Shown here one piece after another: positions 39,115 to 48,834 of a stretch of DNA of 64,000 nucleotides. Under the pieces are notes generated by a model. That model made no database searches. It was not told the DNA's origin and was given only the letters and a program-made list of their open reading frames with translations. This DNA is from Candidatus Babelota bacterium (GTDB lineage: Bacteria; Babelota; Babeliae; Babelales; CAIQNR01): contig CBFHTA010000001.1 of assembly GCA_965658655.1 (NCBI GenBank), positions 360,722 through 424,721 on the forward strand, read 5' to 3'. A program made the position numbers and the translations under genes. The stretch's first letter is position 1. Every line of letters starts with the position of its first letter.

Positions 39115-40518
39115 TTAAAAGGTTAAAATGGCAGAAAGTGCAAGGGTTGTTGCCTTATAAGCACCGCGTTGAGCTATAGGGGCTTGCCAAAGGAACCCAA
39201 AGGTCATATTGGGTGAAAGGTCATAATTGAACCCGATTCGAGCATTCTGGATTTTTGACTTTGATATATCTTGGAGTTTTCTTGGAATAAACGAATTGGT
39301 TGGGCTTGGGGGAGTTGGTATGGTTACTGTGTCTTGCAGGTGTTGAACATATGAATAGAGTGCATATAGAGAAAGTTTATCTAAAAAGTGCCGTGCGTTC
39401 ATACCAATACTGATATGCCATGTTTTGCCAGGTTCTATCTTGATTGTTGTTTTATAAGGGAAGAGGACCGATTGGAATTCACTTGTAGGGACTCGATCGA
39501 TGTATGTTCGGTTTGTGAAATGTGTTCCGCCGGCCTCAAACGATACTTCTACACTTTCATAGAAGTCAACGTTAAATCCTGACGCAACGTGAATAGCATT
39601 ATGTTTATTATTTCCAAAGGGCAATGAGAATAAAGTATCGGGATCTTTGGCTTTTCCGGTTCCAAAGGTTCCGGCAACTATAAAGTGAGGAGTAAATATA
39701 AATCGTGCCCAGTCTTTGGGGTCTTCGTCTTTATTAATTCTAAAATTATGGCGCCATGCAAGAGAAAGAGAAAAATCTTCTGCGCTAGTATCTGACCAGT
39801 CTTCACCGTTAACGCCCATTTGGGTAAAGAGTTGTGTGCGTTGGTCCATTAATCGAGTTTCTACAGTTGATTTGTCTATTTCAAAGTTGGCTGCATTTGC
39901 TCCAATATTATTATGAAAAACATCTGCGTAATTTGCATTATTACTTTTGTCTATGTAGAGCGTAAGTGTTTGTTTCATGTCTGCAACACCTCCTTGTACG
40001 CTTACTACAAAGTCGTCTAAAATTCTTACCGAAGCTTTAAATCGCCCACCCATTTTTCGATATTTAACGGGTAAAGAAAAGAATCCAAAGTTTTGATTAA
40101 GATCAGAGAAAGCATCATTAGCCAGCTGAGCTCCTTCAAGACCTGTAAGTTGAACATTGTCTTCAATGATTTGAGCGAGCATATCTGGTCGGTTTGATCC
40201 TGTTGGAACATCTCCGTACAAGAGCGGTACCATGCCTAATCGACCTCGTACATCACCAGCAACTACAGAAGCTTTATCTAAATTACGAGCTCTTGTTGCT
40301 TTCTGTCCTACAAAGGATGAAGAGAGTTGGATGCGTTCAAAAATACTTTTGATATCATCATGACCTTTTAACACTTCTTTGCTCTCATCGTTCATGTAAT
40401 CAAATGGATATTTGGTTGAGAACGGTGGGAACATATCGTTATAGTTCAGTGTGGTAAACGTATGGATTGAGAATATGCATGTAAGACCGACAAGTGCTAT
40501 ACTGAGCTTCATTTTCAT
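39115..40518 (-). CDS. Putative outer-membrane beta-barrel protein (paralog of 7832..9073)
   Basis: Signal peptide, amphipathic strands, C-terminal Phe, shared PFG.N motif. Confidence 0.6.
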   Translation of the reverse strand: MKMKLSIALVGLTCIFSIHTFTTLNYNDMFPPFSTKYPFDYMNDESKEVLKGHDDIKSIFERIQLSSSFVGQKATRARNLDKASVVAGDVRGRLGMVPLLYGDVPTGSNRPDMLAQIIEDNVQLTGLEGAQLANDAFSDLNQNFGFFSLPVKYRKMGGRFKASVRILDDFVVSVQGGVADMKQTLTLYIDKSNNANYADVFHNNIGANAANFEIDKSTVETRLMDQRTQLFTQMGVNGEDWSDTSAEDFSLSLAWRHNFRINKDEDPKDWARFIFTPHFIVAGTFGTGKAKDPDTLFSLPFGNNKHNAIHVASGFNVDFYESVEVSFEAGGTHFTNRTYIDRVPTSEFQSVLFPYKTTIKIEPGKTWHISIGMNARHFLDKLSLYALYSYVQHLQDTVTIPTPPSPTNSFIPRKLQDISKSKIQNARIGFNYDLSPNMTFGFLWQAPIAQRGAYKATTLALSAILTF

Positions 40519-40593
40519 GGTTACTACCTTTCCTAATTTTATAGGAATTAGTTATAGCATCTTGTCGTAAGTGTCGTCAAATAACTCGTTATC

Positions 40594-41808
40594 CTATCCA
40601 AACAAGCGGAGAAGGAACCCTGTATTGGTCATGTTAGTAATTGCAAAGTAACCAATAAGGCCAGCACAAGCAAATCCTGCAAGAGTGATATAGTTTTGCC
40701 CAGATTCCCATTCTTTCTTGAGTGTAAATAAAGTTCCCATAGAAAGGCAGTAAGCTGTTAACAAGAAAAGGGCGGTAAAGTTAAAGAACATATCATCTTT
40801 GAATGTTACAAAGCTTGCATAGATACCTAAGCCAATAAGAAGTACAGAAGTAGTTCCGTTTAAGATTCCGTGTGCAACTAATTTTTGAGTTGCTTCAACG
40901 CGTAGCTTTTTAATAAACGATAGTAACAATGCTCCAGAAGCCCAAATCATAGAATGTAGTGTGCCCAAGATTGCAGACAAACTAGAAATATGAATTGCGG
41001 TTAGCACCCATTTTTGATGTGGGAATACGTGGCTTAATGAATTGGTTACTGGTCCTGGGTATTCTGCAAACAAATGCAATGGTACTGCTAAAATAAGTGC
41101 AGCAACAAAGGCTAAGTATAAGCATGCAACGGCAAGCAATGAATAGGTTATTGCTCGAGGAAGATTTTTTTCAGGATCTTTAATGATCGAAAATAAAGAA
41201 GCAGACGCTTCGAAACCAAAGAAGCCAAATACTGCAAAACGAGTTGCATCGAGGACACTGAAAACACCTTTAGGTGCAAACGGTGTTAAATTTGTAACAT
41301 TTGCTTTGGTTAAGCACATAAGTGTTGTTCCAATTAAGGGAAACACCGTGCAGATAATTAAAACTTGTTGGCCGAGCGCAGATAAAGAAACACCCATCAT
41401 GTTCAAGGCGGTAAGTAAACCAAGTGTAATTAATCCCCATGCTTTTCCAGAGTATATAGGAAAACTATGTGCAAGGTGATCTCCTGCTGAATGAGCCAAA
41501 AGACCCATAGCAATCAAGAGCCCTGTGATATAAGCACCGCTTGCTACAATTCCTGCAGTGTGTCCTCCCCATTGACGAGCGTAGGTATAAAAAGAGCCTT
41601 CTTGTGGGTAAAGTTGGGCAACTCTAGCAAAAGATTGCGCCATAAACCAGACGGCTCCGGCAACAAAAGCGAGAGAGAGAATTCCAGCTGGACCAACATT
41701 CGTTGCCAACATAGTTGGCAATGCGAAGATTCCTGCACCAATCATTGCGTTCATTCCAACGATGGTTGCGGTTGATACCCCTATCTTATCAGAGGGACCT
41801 GTAGACAT
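40594..41808 (-). CDS. APC family amino acid permease
   Basis: MIGAGIF, GPAG, P..GSFY.Y and FFGFE; likely start MSTG. Confidence 0.9.
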   Translation of the reverse strand: MSTGPSDKIGVSTATIVGMNAMIGAGIFALPTMLATNVGPAGILSLAFVAGAVWFMAQSFARVAQLYPQEGSFYTYARQWGGHTAGIVASGAYITGLLIAMGLLAHSAGDHLAHSFPIYSGKAWGLITLGLLTALNMMGVSLSALGQQVLIICTVFPLIGTTLMCLTKANVTNLTPFAPKGVFSVLDATRFAVFGFFGFEASASLFSIIKDPEKNLPRAITYSLLAVACLYLAFVAALILAVPLHLFAEYPGPVTNSLSHVFPHQKWVLTAIHISSLSAILGTLHSMIWASGALLLSFIKKLRVEATQKLVAHGILNGTTSVLLIGLGIYASFVTFKDDMFFNFTALFLLTAYCLSMGTLFTLKKEWESGQNYITLAGFACAGLIGYFAITNMTNTGFLLRLFG

Positions 41809-41918
41809 GACTGCTCCTTGAGCAAAAAGGTTAAACAATTTCACCATAGTAACTAAAAAACAGCTATTTTAAAAGCCTTTGCTCTTGATTGTTCGATCTG
41901 ACCTGCTATCCTAAGCTT

Positions 41919-42173
41919 ATGAAGAATAACTACTGTGCCTATTATACGGGTCACGTCAAAAAAGAAACCGCTTGGCTTTTAACAGCCATTTTACGCGGAA
42001 CCGAGCATGTGGTGTTTGATCGCACCATAGACAAACAAAACAGCATCTTTGAGTTCTTTGTTCCTATTGACATGGAGTCAGTCTTCTTAGAAGTTGCTGA
42101 CTATCTTAAAAAAGAAGAGCTTCTTTTAAGTTTGGACAAAAAAAAGAATCGTCTTCTAGACAGTACTTTTTAG
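41919..42173 (+). CDS. Small hypothetical protein (DUF4911-like)
   Basis: L.AIL...EH....RT.D....IFEFFVP pattern; ATG at 41919. Confidence 0.55.
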   Translation: MKNNYCAYYTGHVKKETAWLLTAILRGTEHVVFDRTIDKQNSIFEFFVPIDMESVFLEVADYLKKEELLLSLDKKKNRLLDSTF

Positions 42174-42178
42174 TTTTC

Positions 42179-42601
42179 CTATTTTTCTTTAGAAGAGTTT
42201 TCTCTAGCAAATTTCCACCATGCGGCAATGCCTAAAGAGCTATAAGCGGAAATAAATACCATTGCTTTTGAAGATAAACCTGCACCTACTGCGCATCCAA
42301 ATAAGCATTCCGACGATGTATCAAGGCAAGGATGGCATTTTTCAGGAGTAAGTTCTTTGGTTTTATTTGCGGTTAATGCAGCGACTCCTGAAAGAACAGC
42401 AGTTGCGAATTCAGCGTTTCTGTCAGGCGCTAAGCATTTTGTTCCAGTACCTAATGTAAGTCCGCATAGAGTAGGTGCTGCGGGGTGAGAAATAACGTTT
42501 TTGCTTGTTTCTAAAATGCTTAAACAGTAACTTCTAGAATCTTCAGCAGCATTAATTAGTTGTGTTAATACCAGAAGTGTAATAAGTGATATTCGCTTCA
42601 T
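42179..42601 (-). CDS. Hypothetical Cys-rich exported/membrane protein
   Basis: Signal peptide, several Cys, small-residue hydrophobic helices. Confidence 0.6.
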   Translation of the reverse strand: MKRISLITLLVLTQLINAAEDSRSYCLSILETSKNVISHPAAPTLCGLTLGTGTKCLAPDRNAEFATAVLSGVAALTANKTKELTPEKCHPCLDTSSECLFGCAVGAGLSSKAMVFISAYSSLGIAAWWKFARENSSKEK

Positions 42602-42619
42602 AATACGGATCCAAGATCT

Positions 42620-44053
42620 TTAAAATGTTAATAGTTTTTCAATGCGTTTTTTACTTTTATCATACCCCAATATTTCTATCAACTCTCCAACACCAGGACC
42701 TTTGGGCGATCCAGTCAAAGCATATCTTAGATAAGAAAAAGCTTCTTTTGGTGTGATATTAGCAGCTTTAATATATTCTTTAATTTTATTTAAAAAAGTT
42801 TCTGATGTTTTTTCTTCTAATGCTTCTTTTACCAGTGTTTTGTATACAACCAGTTTTGAAGGATCAATAAGAAGAGAGAGTGCTGTTTTTAAATAAGTAG
42901 GTTCTGAAAAATAAAATGCTAATAGTTGTACGCTGTCTGGTAGCGTTATTAATTCTTTTTGGATGTGTCCAACAATTTCTATTAATTTTTTTTCAGACAG
43001 GTCTTTTACTGCTGGGTAACTTTCTTCTAAGTAAGGGCGGCATAACGCTGTAATTTTTGGTATATCGCTTTTACAGATCCATTTGTGGTTAACCCAACGT
43101 AGTTTATCTACATCGTATTTAATTTGCCCAGTGGTTGGAGGGTGGTCAAAATTGATAGTTTCAGCCAACTCTTGCATAGACATGATCTCGTTTTTAAAAG
43201 ATCCACCAATAATAGCCAAGTAATTAACAATGGCTTCTGGTAAAAAACCGGCAGCTTTTAAGTCTCGTAGAGAAAAACCAAAGTCTCGTTTAGATAATTT
43301 TTTACCGTCGATGTTGCATAGAATAGGCATATGCCAAAACGTAGGCATTTCCTGACCAGATGCATCATACATTGCAGCTTGGCCGGCTGTATTACTTAAA
43401 TGATCTTCCCCGCGAATTGCGCAAGAAATGTTCATAAGTGAATCATCAACAAAATTGGCAAACATAAAAGTTACTGACCCGTTTTGACGAGTAATAGGAA
43501 AGTCAGAGAAGTTTTTTAAGTCGAACGTTACTTTTTCGTGAGATAGATCATTAATAGTTAATTTTTTGTTCGGATCAAGTTTCATTCTCCAGATAAAAGG
43601 AGTTGATGATGCTTTATTGTCTGACTCTTCTTGAGAAAGTTTTAAACAGGTTCTATCGTAGCGAGGAGGTTTTTTGAGTGCTATTTGACGTGCACGTTTT
43701 TTATCAAGTTCTTCTGAGGTACAAAAACAACGATACACTAAATCTTTATCAATAAATTCTTGTAATTTTTTTTTATATAAATCGGTTCGCTCTGATTGAA
43801 AGTACGGACCAAAATCACCATCTTTACCAGGGCCTTCTTGGAAATCTATTCCCAGCCATGTAAGATCTTCCATAATTTTTACAGCACCGGGATCAAAATT
43901 GCGTTCAGGGTCGGTGTCTTCTACGCGGATGATAAAGGTTCCATCTTTTTGTTTTGCAATTAGGTAATTCATTAAGGCGGTTCGAATGTTACCCAGGTGC
44001 ATCATACCAGTTGGTGCAGGAGCAAATCTGACACGGGGATTTTTTAGTTTCAT
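42620..44053 (-). CDS. gltX: Glutamate--tRNA ligase
   Basis: RVRFAPAPTG, HLGN, RVEDTD, YRCFC, RGEDH and KLSKR; start reassigned to MKLKN at 44053. Confidence 0.96.
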   Translation of the reverse strand: MKLKNPRVRFAPAPTGMMHLGNIRTALMNYLIAKQKDGTFIIRVEDTDPERNFDPGAVKIMEDLTWLGIDFQEGPGKDGDFGPYFQSERTDLYKKKLQEFIDKDLVYRCFCTSEELDKKRARQIALKKPPRYDRTCLKLSQEESDNKASSTPFIWRMKLDPNKKLTINDLSHEKVTFDLKNFSDFPITRQNGSVTFMFANFVDDSLMNISCAIRGEDHLSNTAGQAAMYDASGQEMPTFWHMPILCNIDGKKLSKRDFGFSLRDLKAAGFLPEAIVNYLAIIGGSFKNEIMSMQELAETINFDHPPTTGQIKYDVDKLRWVNHKWICKSDIPKITALCRPYLEESYPAVKDLSEKKLIEIVGHIQKELITLPDSVQLLAFYFSEPTYLKTALSLLIDPSKLVVYKTLVKEALEEKTSETFLNKIKEYIKAANITPKEAFSYLRYALTGSPKGPGVGELIEILGYDKSKKRIEKLLTF

Positions 44054-44080
44054 AAGAGCTTTCCTTAAGGTTATCAGTTT

Positions 44081-44109
44081 ATTATAGAATGTTTTTGAGA
44101 GAACGTCAC
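44081..44109 (-). promoter_or_regulatory. Putative gltX promoter
   Basis: Minus strand GTGACG-N17-TATAAT, about 28 bp upstream of the ATG. Confidence 0.5.
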
Positions 44110-44112
44110 GTG

Positions 44113-44463
44113 TTGCACTCCGCGTGCAGTGCCAAAGGGGATGCTTTCCCACCCCCTTTGGAATCCAGGAGACAAGCCTTAGGCGGTTTGATCGCCTTGA
44201 CGGGTCAATGGTCTGACTTCGCCTTCGCTTTGCTTACGGCTCATGTCGCCCGGTGCCCCTGATAAAGACTTTTATCTTTTATTATTAATTTAGGTAAAAA
44301 TTCTTCGTTGCAAAGCGCAGGTGATCTGAACAGCGTTAAGCCCGTTAGGGTAGCTGTGTGTTCACCGTCGTTTTTGCGAAAGCGATTAAACTGCAAGTTT
44401 ATGTCCTGGGTTCTTAGGGGGGGGTAGACAAGTACCCCCTTGAGCGCTGCACGCGTAGTGCAA
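44113..44463. repeat. GC-rich structured element with ~60-bp imperfect terminal inverted repeats
   Basis: Arms 44113-44170 and 44404-44463 are imperfect reverse complements (first 20 nt match 18/20); many internal hairpins. Confidence 0.7.
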
Positions 44464-44728
44464 GCCCTTTGGCCCCCTGGGGGAGCAGATAGGAACTGTT
44501 TATGCAAAACATTAAAAAAACAAAGTAAGAAAAGGGTTTCTCATTGTCGCTTCTACCGTTATAAGTGTATGGGAATAGCACTTTGTATTTTTCTAAACTG
44601 TTCCCATTTGTATTTCAGGATTGAGAGGTGCATTTTCTGATTTAAATCTTTTTGACAAGCTGCCGATCTCTTTGCTAATGTTGGACCCTAAATGTGCAGT
44701 TTTTTACCTTAAAAAAGGGGAGTTTCGC

Positions 44729-45010
44729 ATGAACCAATGCTTACGCATTACGTTCGAGGTTCCGAGTAACAGAAGACAAACGATTCGCTCGTTGATCCAA
44801 AAGGAAGCTAAAAAGCTTTTCTTGGAGGGAACAGTTCGGGTAATGCCTGATTCTAATCTTAAAGTTATTGCATGTGGTAATAAAAATAAGATGGATATGT
44901 TTCTTGACGTTGTCCTCAAAGAGATTGCTAGCTTGCGTTGTGATGGCCTTGAAATTGAACCTTTCTTAAAAGACCGCGACTACCGGGGGGTATTCAGAGT
45001 TATTGAATAG
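44729..45010 (+). CDS. Acylphosphatase-like protein (degenerate active site)
   Basis: R..IQKEA.KL.LEG.V...PD..LKVIACG and terminal F.VI; GGGGAG RBS before ATG at 44729. Confidence 0.7.
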   Translation: MNQCLRITFEVPSNRRQTIRSLIQKEAKKLFLEGTVRVMPDSNLKVIACGNKNKMDMFLDVVLKEIASLRCDGLEIEPFLKDRDYRGVFRVIE

Positions 45011-45352
45011 GGCAAAGATTTTAAAGAACTAATTGTGTTTTGAGAGAAAAGTCTGTAAAATTTTTTATTAAAGCTACTTTTTTTGAAAGGACCAAAAATG
45101 ATAATTACCGTAAATGTCAAAGTGACTCTATGGGCAGTGCACCAGAAAGTTCATTGTTGAGCTAATTCAGGATTCTATCATTATTCTTTTCCATTTTTTA
45201 TTCATTCCTGATTTTTCTCGATCAATTCTAGGGACTTTCAATTGCCGGGTCTGTTTGGCTCAAACTCACAAAATTTCCGATTTTTTAAAAAATTGTTACT
45301 ACGCAGCAGTGCGTTTTTGCGCGCTTATGCGTTTTTATAGGGAGGCTTATTT

Positions 45353-46123
45353 ATGAGCAAAGTTTTATTAGATATCAAAGATGTTACAAAACGTTATCAA
45401 AGTAAGGGGCTGTGCGTTGATGCTTTAAAAGGCGTCAATCTTCAAATTATGGAAGGAGAAATATTTAGTTTATTGGGTATAAATGGTGCCGGCAAAACTA
45501 CACTTTCTGGCATTATTGCAACGTTGCATCCAGCAACTTCAGGTGATATTGTGCAGAATGGTAGATCAATTTATGATGATGTTGTTGAGTATAGGCGTAC
45601 TATTGGTCTTTGTCCTCAATCTCCTAATATTGATATGAGTTTAACGATTGAAGAGAATCTTCGTTATGCAGGTCGATATTACGGTATGGACAATGTAAAG
45701 ATAGAAGAGCGTATTGCCTATTTAATGAAACGTTTTGGTTTAGAAAAATACGCAAAGTCTTTGGGGTACGTATTGTCTGGTGGTTATAAACAACGATTCA
45801 TGATTGCTCGTTCGTTGATGCATGAGCCAAAGTTGGTAATTCTGGATGAGCCGACTGTTGGTTTAGATCCACATGTTCGTCGTGACATTTGGGAGGTTAT
45901 TAAAGACTTGAAGAAAGAGAACGTAACGGTTCTTCTTACAACTCATTATCTTGATGAAGCGGATAAACTTTCTGATAGAGTATGTTTGCTTGAAAAAGGG
46001 GTAATTCAATTGATTGATACACCGGATAATCTTAAATCTCTTCATGGTCAAGCAAACCTTGAAGATGTGTTTGTAAAGCTCATTAAAGAGGGTGAAAAAG
46101 CACAAGAAGAAGTAAATAACTAG
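45353..46123 (+). CDS. ABC exporter ATP-binding protein (DrrA/NodI type)
   Basis: GINGAGKT, LSGG, LDEPTVGLD and TTHYLDEA. Confidence 0.93.
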   Translation: MSKVLLDIKDVTKRYQSKGLCVDALKGVNLQIMEGEIFSLLGINGAGKTTLSGIIATLHPATSGDIVQNGRSIYDDVVEYRRTIGLCPQSPNIDMSLTIEENLRYAGRYYGMDNVKIEERIAYLMKRFGLEKYAKSLGYVLSGGYKQRFMIARSLMHEPKLVILDEPTVGLDPHVRRDIWEVIKDLKKENVTVLLTTHYLDEADKLSDRVCLLEKGVIQLIDTPDNLKSLHGQANLEDVFVKLIKEGEKAQEEVNN

Positions 46124-46141
46124 TATAAGAAAAGGATTATT

Positions 46142-46921
46142 ATGCTTTTAAGTATAAATACTTGTTTAAATTTGGTCAGGAGAGACATGCATGTTTTTTG
46201 GCCGACGTTTTTAGATCGATTTATTAACGGTACTATTTGGGTCGTTTTGACGGTTGTTATTTTTCAGTACGTTTTTCCACAAATGGGAATGTCTGAGGAT
46301 TATGCTGTTTTTATGGCTTGCGCTAATACTATGAGTTGGGGATTTTTTGAAGTAATGGGAAACGTTGCCACATTGGTGGGGGATTTGACTGGTCCTAAAT
46401 CAATTGAGTACGATTTGACTCTTCCATTGCCTCAATGGATGGTTTTTGTACGTATGGCAATTTCCAATGCACTTCAGGCAATGGTTATAGCGTTATTTAT
46501 TTTACCTATTTCAAAGATTGTACTGTGGAAGCAGTTTAGCCTTGCTCATTTTTCTTTTATGAAATTTACAGGTATTTTTATAGTAGGAAATTTGTTTTAT
46601 GGTTTCTTTTCATTGTGGCTTGCGAGTATGACAAAGAATTTGGAGCATATTAATAATGTTTGGATGCGGGTGGTTTTTCCGTTATGGTGGATCGGTGGTT
46701 ATCAATTCAGCTGGGGAACCATGTATAAAATGTCACCAGTAATGGCAAAGGTAACTCTTTTAAATCCACTAGTGTATGCTTTTGAAGGGGTTCGAGGATC
46801 TGTTTTAGGGCAATCTGATTATATTAGTTTTGGGTATTGTGTAGCAGCCTTAATTTTTGGATCTATTATTACAGGCTATATTGGAACCAAAAAAATGATG
46901 CAACGTTTAGATTGTTTATAG
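46142..46921 (+). CDS. ABC-2 type permease
   Basis: Six TM segments and NPLVYAFEGVRG. Confidence 0.85.
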   Translation: MLLSINTCLNLVRRDMHVFWPTFLDRFINGTIWVVLTVVIFQYVFPQMGMSEDYAVFMACANTMSWGFFEVMGNVATLVGDLTGPKSIEYDLTLPLPQWMVFVRMAISNALQAMVIALFILPISKIVLWKQFSLAHFSFMKFTGIFIVGNLFYGFFSLWLASMTKNLEHINNVWMRVVFPLWWIGGYQFSWGTMYKMSPVMAKVTLLNPLVYAFEGVRGSVLGQSDYISFGYCVAALIFGSIITGYIGTKKMMQRLDCL

Positions 46922-46933
46922 GGTGATTTAGAG

Positions 46934-47719
46934 ATGAATGTAAAAAAGGTATTGATAACGTTTTTTTACTTGATGGCAAGGGATCTGCGAGTTTATTTAC
47001 CAGATCTTAAAAGAGACGTTATCAATGCTTCCATATTTATTTTTTTAACAAGTTTTACCTATCAATATATAATGCCTTTGGAAGGGATAGACGGACAGTA
47101 CGGTCTTATTACAGCATGCGGTGGAATTGTTGCGTGGGGAATGTTTGCGGCTCGAAACAAAGTTAGTTTCTTGGTAAGAGACATAACAGGATTTGGAACG
47201 TTAGATTTTTTTCTTACGTTGCCTTTACCACAATGGGCTGTTTTTGTTGCTCTTGCTTTAGCTACTGCAGTAAGGCCAATGCTCATTATAGCTTGTGTTT
47301 TTCCTGTTATTAAAGTGCTCTTTTGGAATACACTCATTCTTTCTCAGATCGCATGGGGTAAATTTTTAACCATTTTTATATTAATAAATATATTTTATGG
47401 TTTTGCCACTCTTTGGCTGACTGCGTCTTCTGACAAAGTAAGTTCCATTCAGAATATTTGGATGCGCATTATATTTCCACTCTGGTGGGTTGGTGGTTAC
47501 GGTTTTATTTGGAGAACATTTTATAAAGTTTCTCCAAATGGTGCTTATCTTTCACTCGTTAATCCCCTTGTTTATGGATACGAAGGCGTTCGAGGTGCCG
47601 TTTTGGGACAAGCTGGTTATATTAATTTTTGGTATTGTGCAGGTGCATTAATTTTTACTTGTATTATTACTGGTTATATAGGGGTCAAAAAAATGATGGC
47701 TCGCTTGGATTGTTTTTAA
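46934..47719 (+). CDS. ABC-2 type permease (paralog)
   Basis: Shares LTLPLPQW, WMR..FPLWW.GGY and NPLVY..EGVRG with the upstream gene. Confidence 0.85.
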   Translation: MNVKKVLITFFYLMARDLRVYLPDLKRDVINASIFIFLTSFTYQYIMPLEGIDGQYGLITACGGIVAWGMFAARNKVSFLVRDITGFGTLDFFLTLPLPQWAVFVALALATAVRPMLIIACVFPVIKVLFWNTLILSQIAWGKFLTIFILINIFYGFATLWLTASSDKVSSIQNIWMRIIFPLWWVGGYGFIWRTFYKVSPNGAYLSLVNPLVYGYEGVRGAVLGQAGYINFWYCAGALIFTCIITGYIGVKKMMARLDCF

Positions 47720-47745
47720 TATTTTATTTAATAAAGGGTATATGT

Positions 47746-48399
47746 ATGAAAAAAACTATGATTCTCATAGCAGCTATCTGTTTAGGAATTGCATGGTTTT
47801 GTTATAGACCTGTGATAAAGGCAGGGACTGTGATAATTTTAAATGGTCCTTCTGCTTCTGGTAAAAGTTCTATTCAAGCAAAATTTCAAGATAGTATGAT
47901 GCCAAAACTTTGGATTAAAGTTGGTATTGATAATCTTTTTGATAAGCCAATGCCCGATATTACACAAGAAAATATGGCATTTTGGCAAAAGGAAAATGCT
48001 ATTCGATGGGTAGAGGCGAGTACCAATGAGGGAAACCCAGTTATTACTTTATTTACCGGTAGTCAAGGAGAACAAGTTGCTTATGGCATGAACAGTGCCA
48101 TCGCTGCCTATGCTCTAGCAGGAAATAATGTGATTGTTGATTACATTGCTTATAAAAAAGAATGGGTTGATGATTTAAGAAATAAACTTTCATCAATACA
48201 TACCTATTGGATTAAGGTAAATATTCCATTATCAACCATAGAAGAAAGAGAAGTTGCTCGAAATACTTCTCCTAAGGGGCATGCTCGTAGCCATTACGGT
48301 TCTGTTCATTGGGATATACAGTATGATTTTGAAGTTGATTCATCTCAAGATTCTGCTGAAGAAATAGCACATAAAATTAAAACATTTATTTCAAAATAA
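47746..48399 (+). CDS. Chloramphenicol phosphotransferase-like P-loop kinase with N-terminal anchor
   Basis: IILNGPSASGKSS, GID, GNNVIVD, EERE.AR and YDFEVDS; start reassigned to 47746. Confidence 0.8.
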   Translation: MKKTMILIAAICLGIAWFCYRPVIKAGTVIILNGPSASGKSSIQAKFQDSMMPKLWIKVGIDNLFDKPMPDITQENMAFWQKENAIRWVEASTNEGNPVITLFTGSQGEQVAYGMNSAIAAYALAGNNVIVDYIAYKKEWVDDLRNKLSSIHTYWIKVNIPLSTIEEREVARNTSPKGHARSHYGSVHWDIQYDFEVDSSQDSAEEIAHKIKTFISK

Positions 48400-48407
48400 T
48401 TTTAAGC

Positions 48408-48443
48408 AAAAAAAGAGCCCCGAGAATTCGGGGCTTAATTTTT
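48408..48443. terminator. Bidirectional intrinsic terminator
   Basis: A7-gagccccga-gaat-tcggggctt-aatttttt between convergent genes. Confidence 0.75.
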
Positions 48444-48834
48444 ATAAAACTTCTTGGGCTTTTTTGTGTTTTTTCTTTTGATTTCTATTGTGAATGATCT
48501 TGCCGATAGATGAGATTACTAGTGCCGGAAAGATATTGTAAGCAAATGAGTTTGCCAGCTCGATAGGCGCATTAGTTACACGACGAGATAATGTTCTAGG
48601 AATAGCCTCTATTTTTTGACCTATCATATTAAGAGGTCCTATCTTGCCTCTATAAAATATAATCATCTTAGGGTTTAACGGCCACAAAAAATTATCTGTG
48701 ATTGATATGACTGCCATAGTAGCGTAAGTTTTTTTAAAACTTGCATACCATGGAGTTTCTTCTTTTTTTGCTTTTTCACAGCTTATATTTGCAATAGATA
48801 GGCTCAATAGAACTACTATCATTATTTTTTTCAT
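48442..48834 (-). CDS. Hypothetical exported/lipoprotein, tandem copy A
   Basis: MKKIMIVVLLSLSIANISC leader; paralog adjacent. Confidence 0.7.
   Translation of the reverse strand: MKKIMIVVLLSLSIANISCEKAKKEETPWYASFKKTYATMAVISITDNFLWPLNPKMIIFYRGKIGPLNMIGQKIEAIPRTLSRRVTNAPIELANSFAYNIFPALVISSIGKIIHNRNQKKKHKKAQEVL

Noticed and set aside
44113..44463. tmRNA, tRNA, SRP RNA, T-box or group II intron identity for the structured element
   Set aside because: No T-arm/CCA acceptor, no SRP helix-8 motif and no T-box GGTGGNACC on the gltX strand. GGTTCTTAGGGGGG resembles an intron DV/DVI junction, but the pairing DV 5' strand is missing.
44241..44640. ORFs 44241..44507(-) and 44440..44640(+), plus the N-terminal extensions of gltX and the acylphosphatase-like gene
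   Set aside because: They run through GC-rich palindromic DNA, lack protein motifs, and better RBS/ATG starts exist downstream.
45011..45352. Long leader before the ABC operon as a riboswitch or leader peptide
   Set aside because: Only short weak hairpins and tiny ORFs; no recognisable aptamer consensus.
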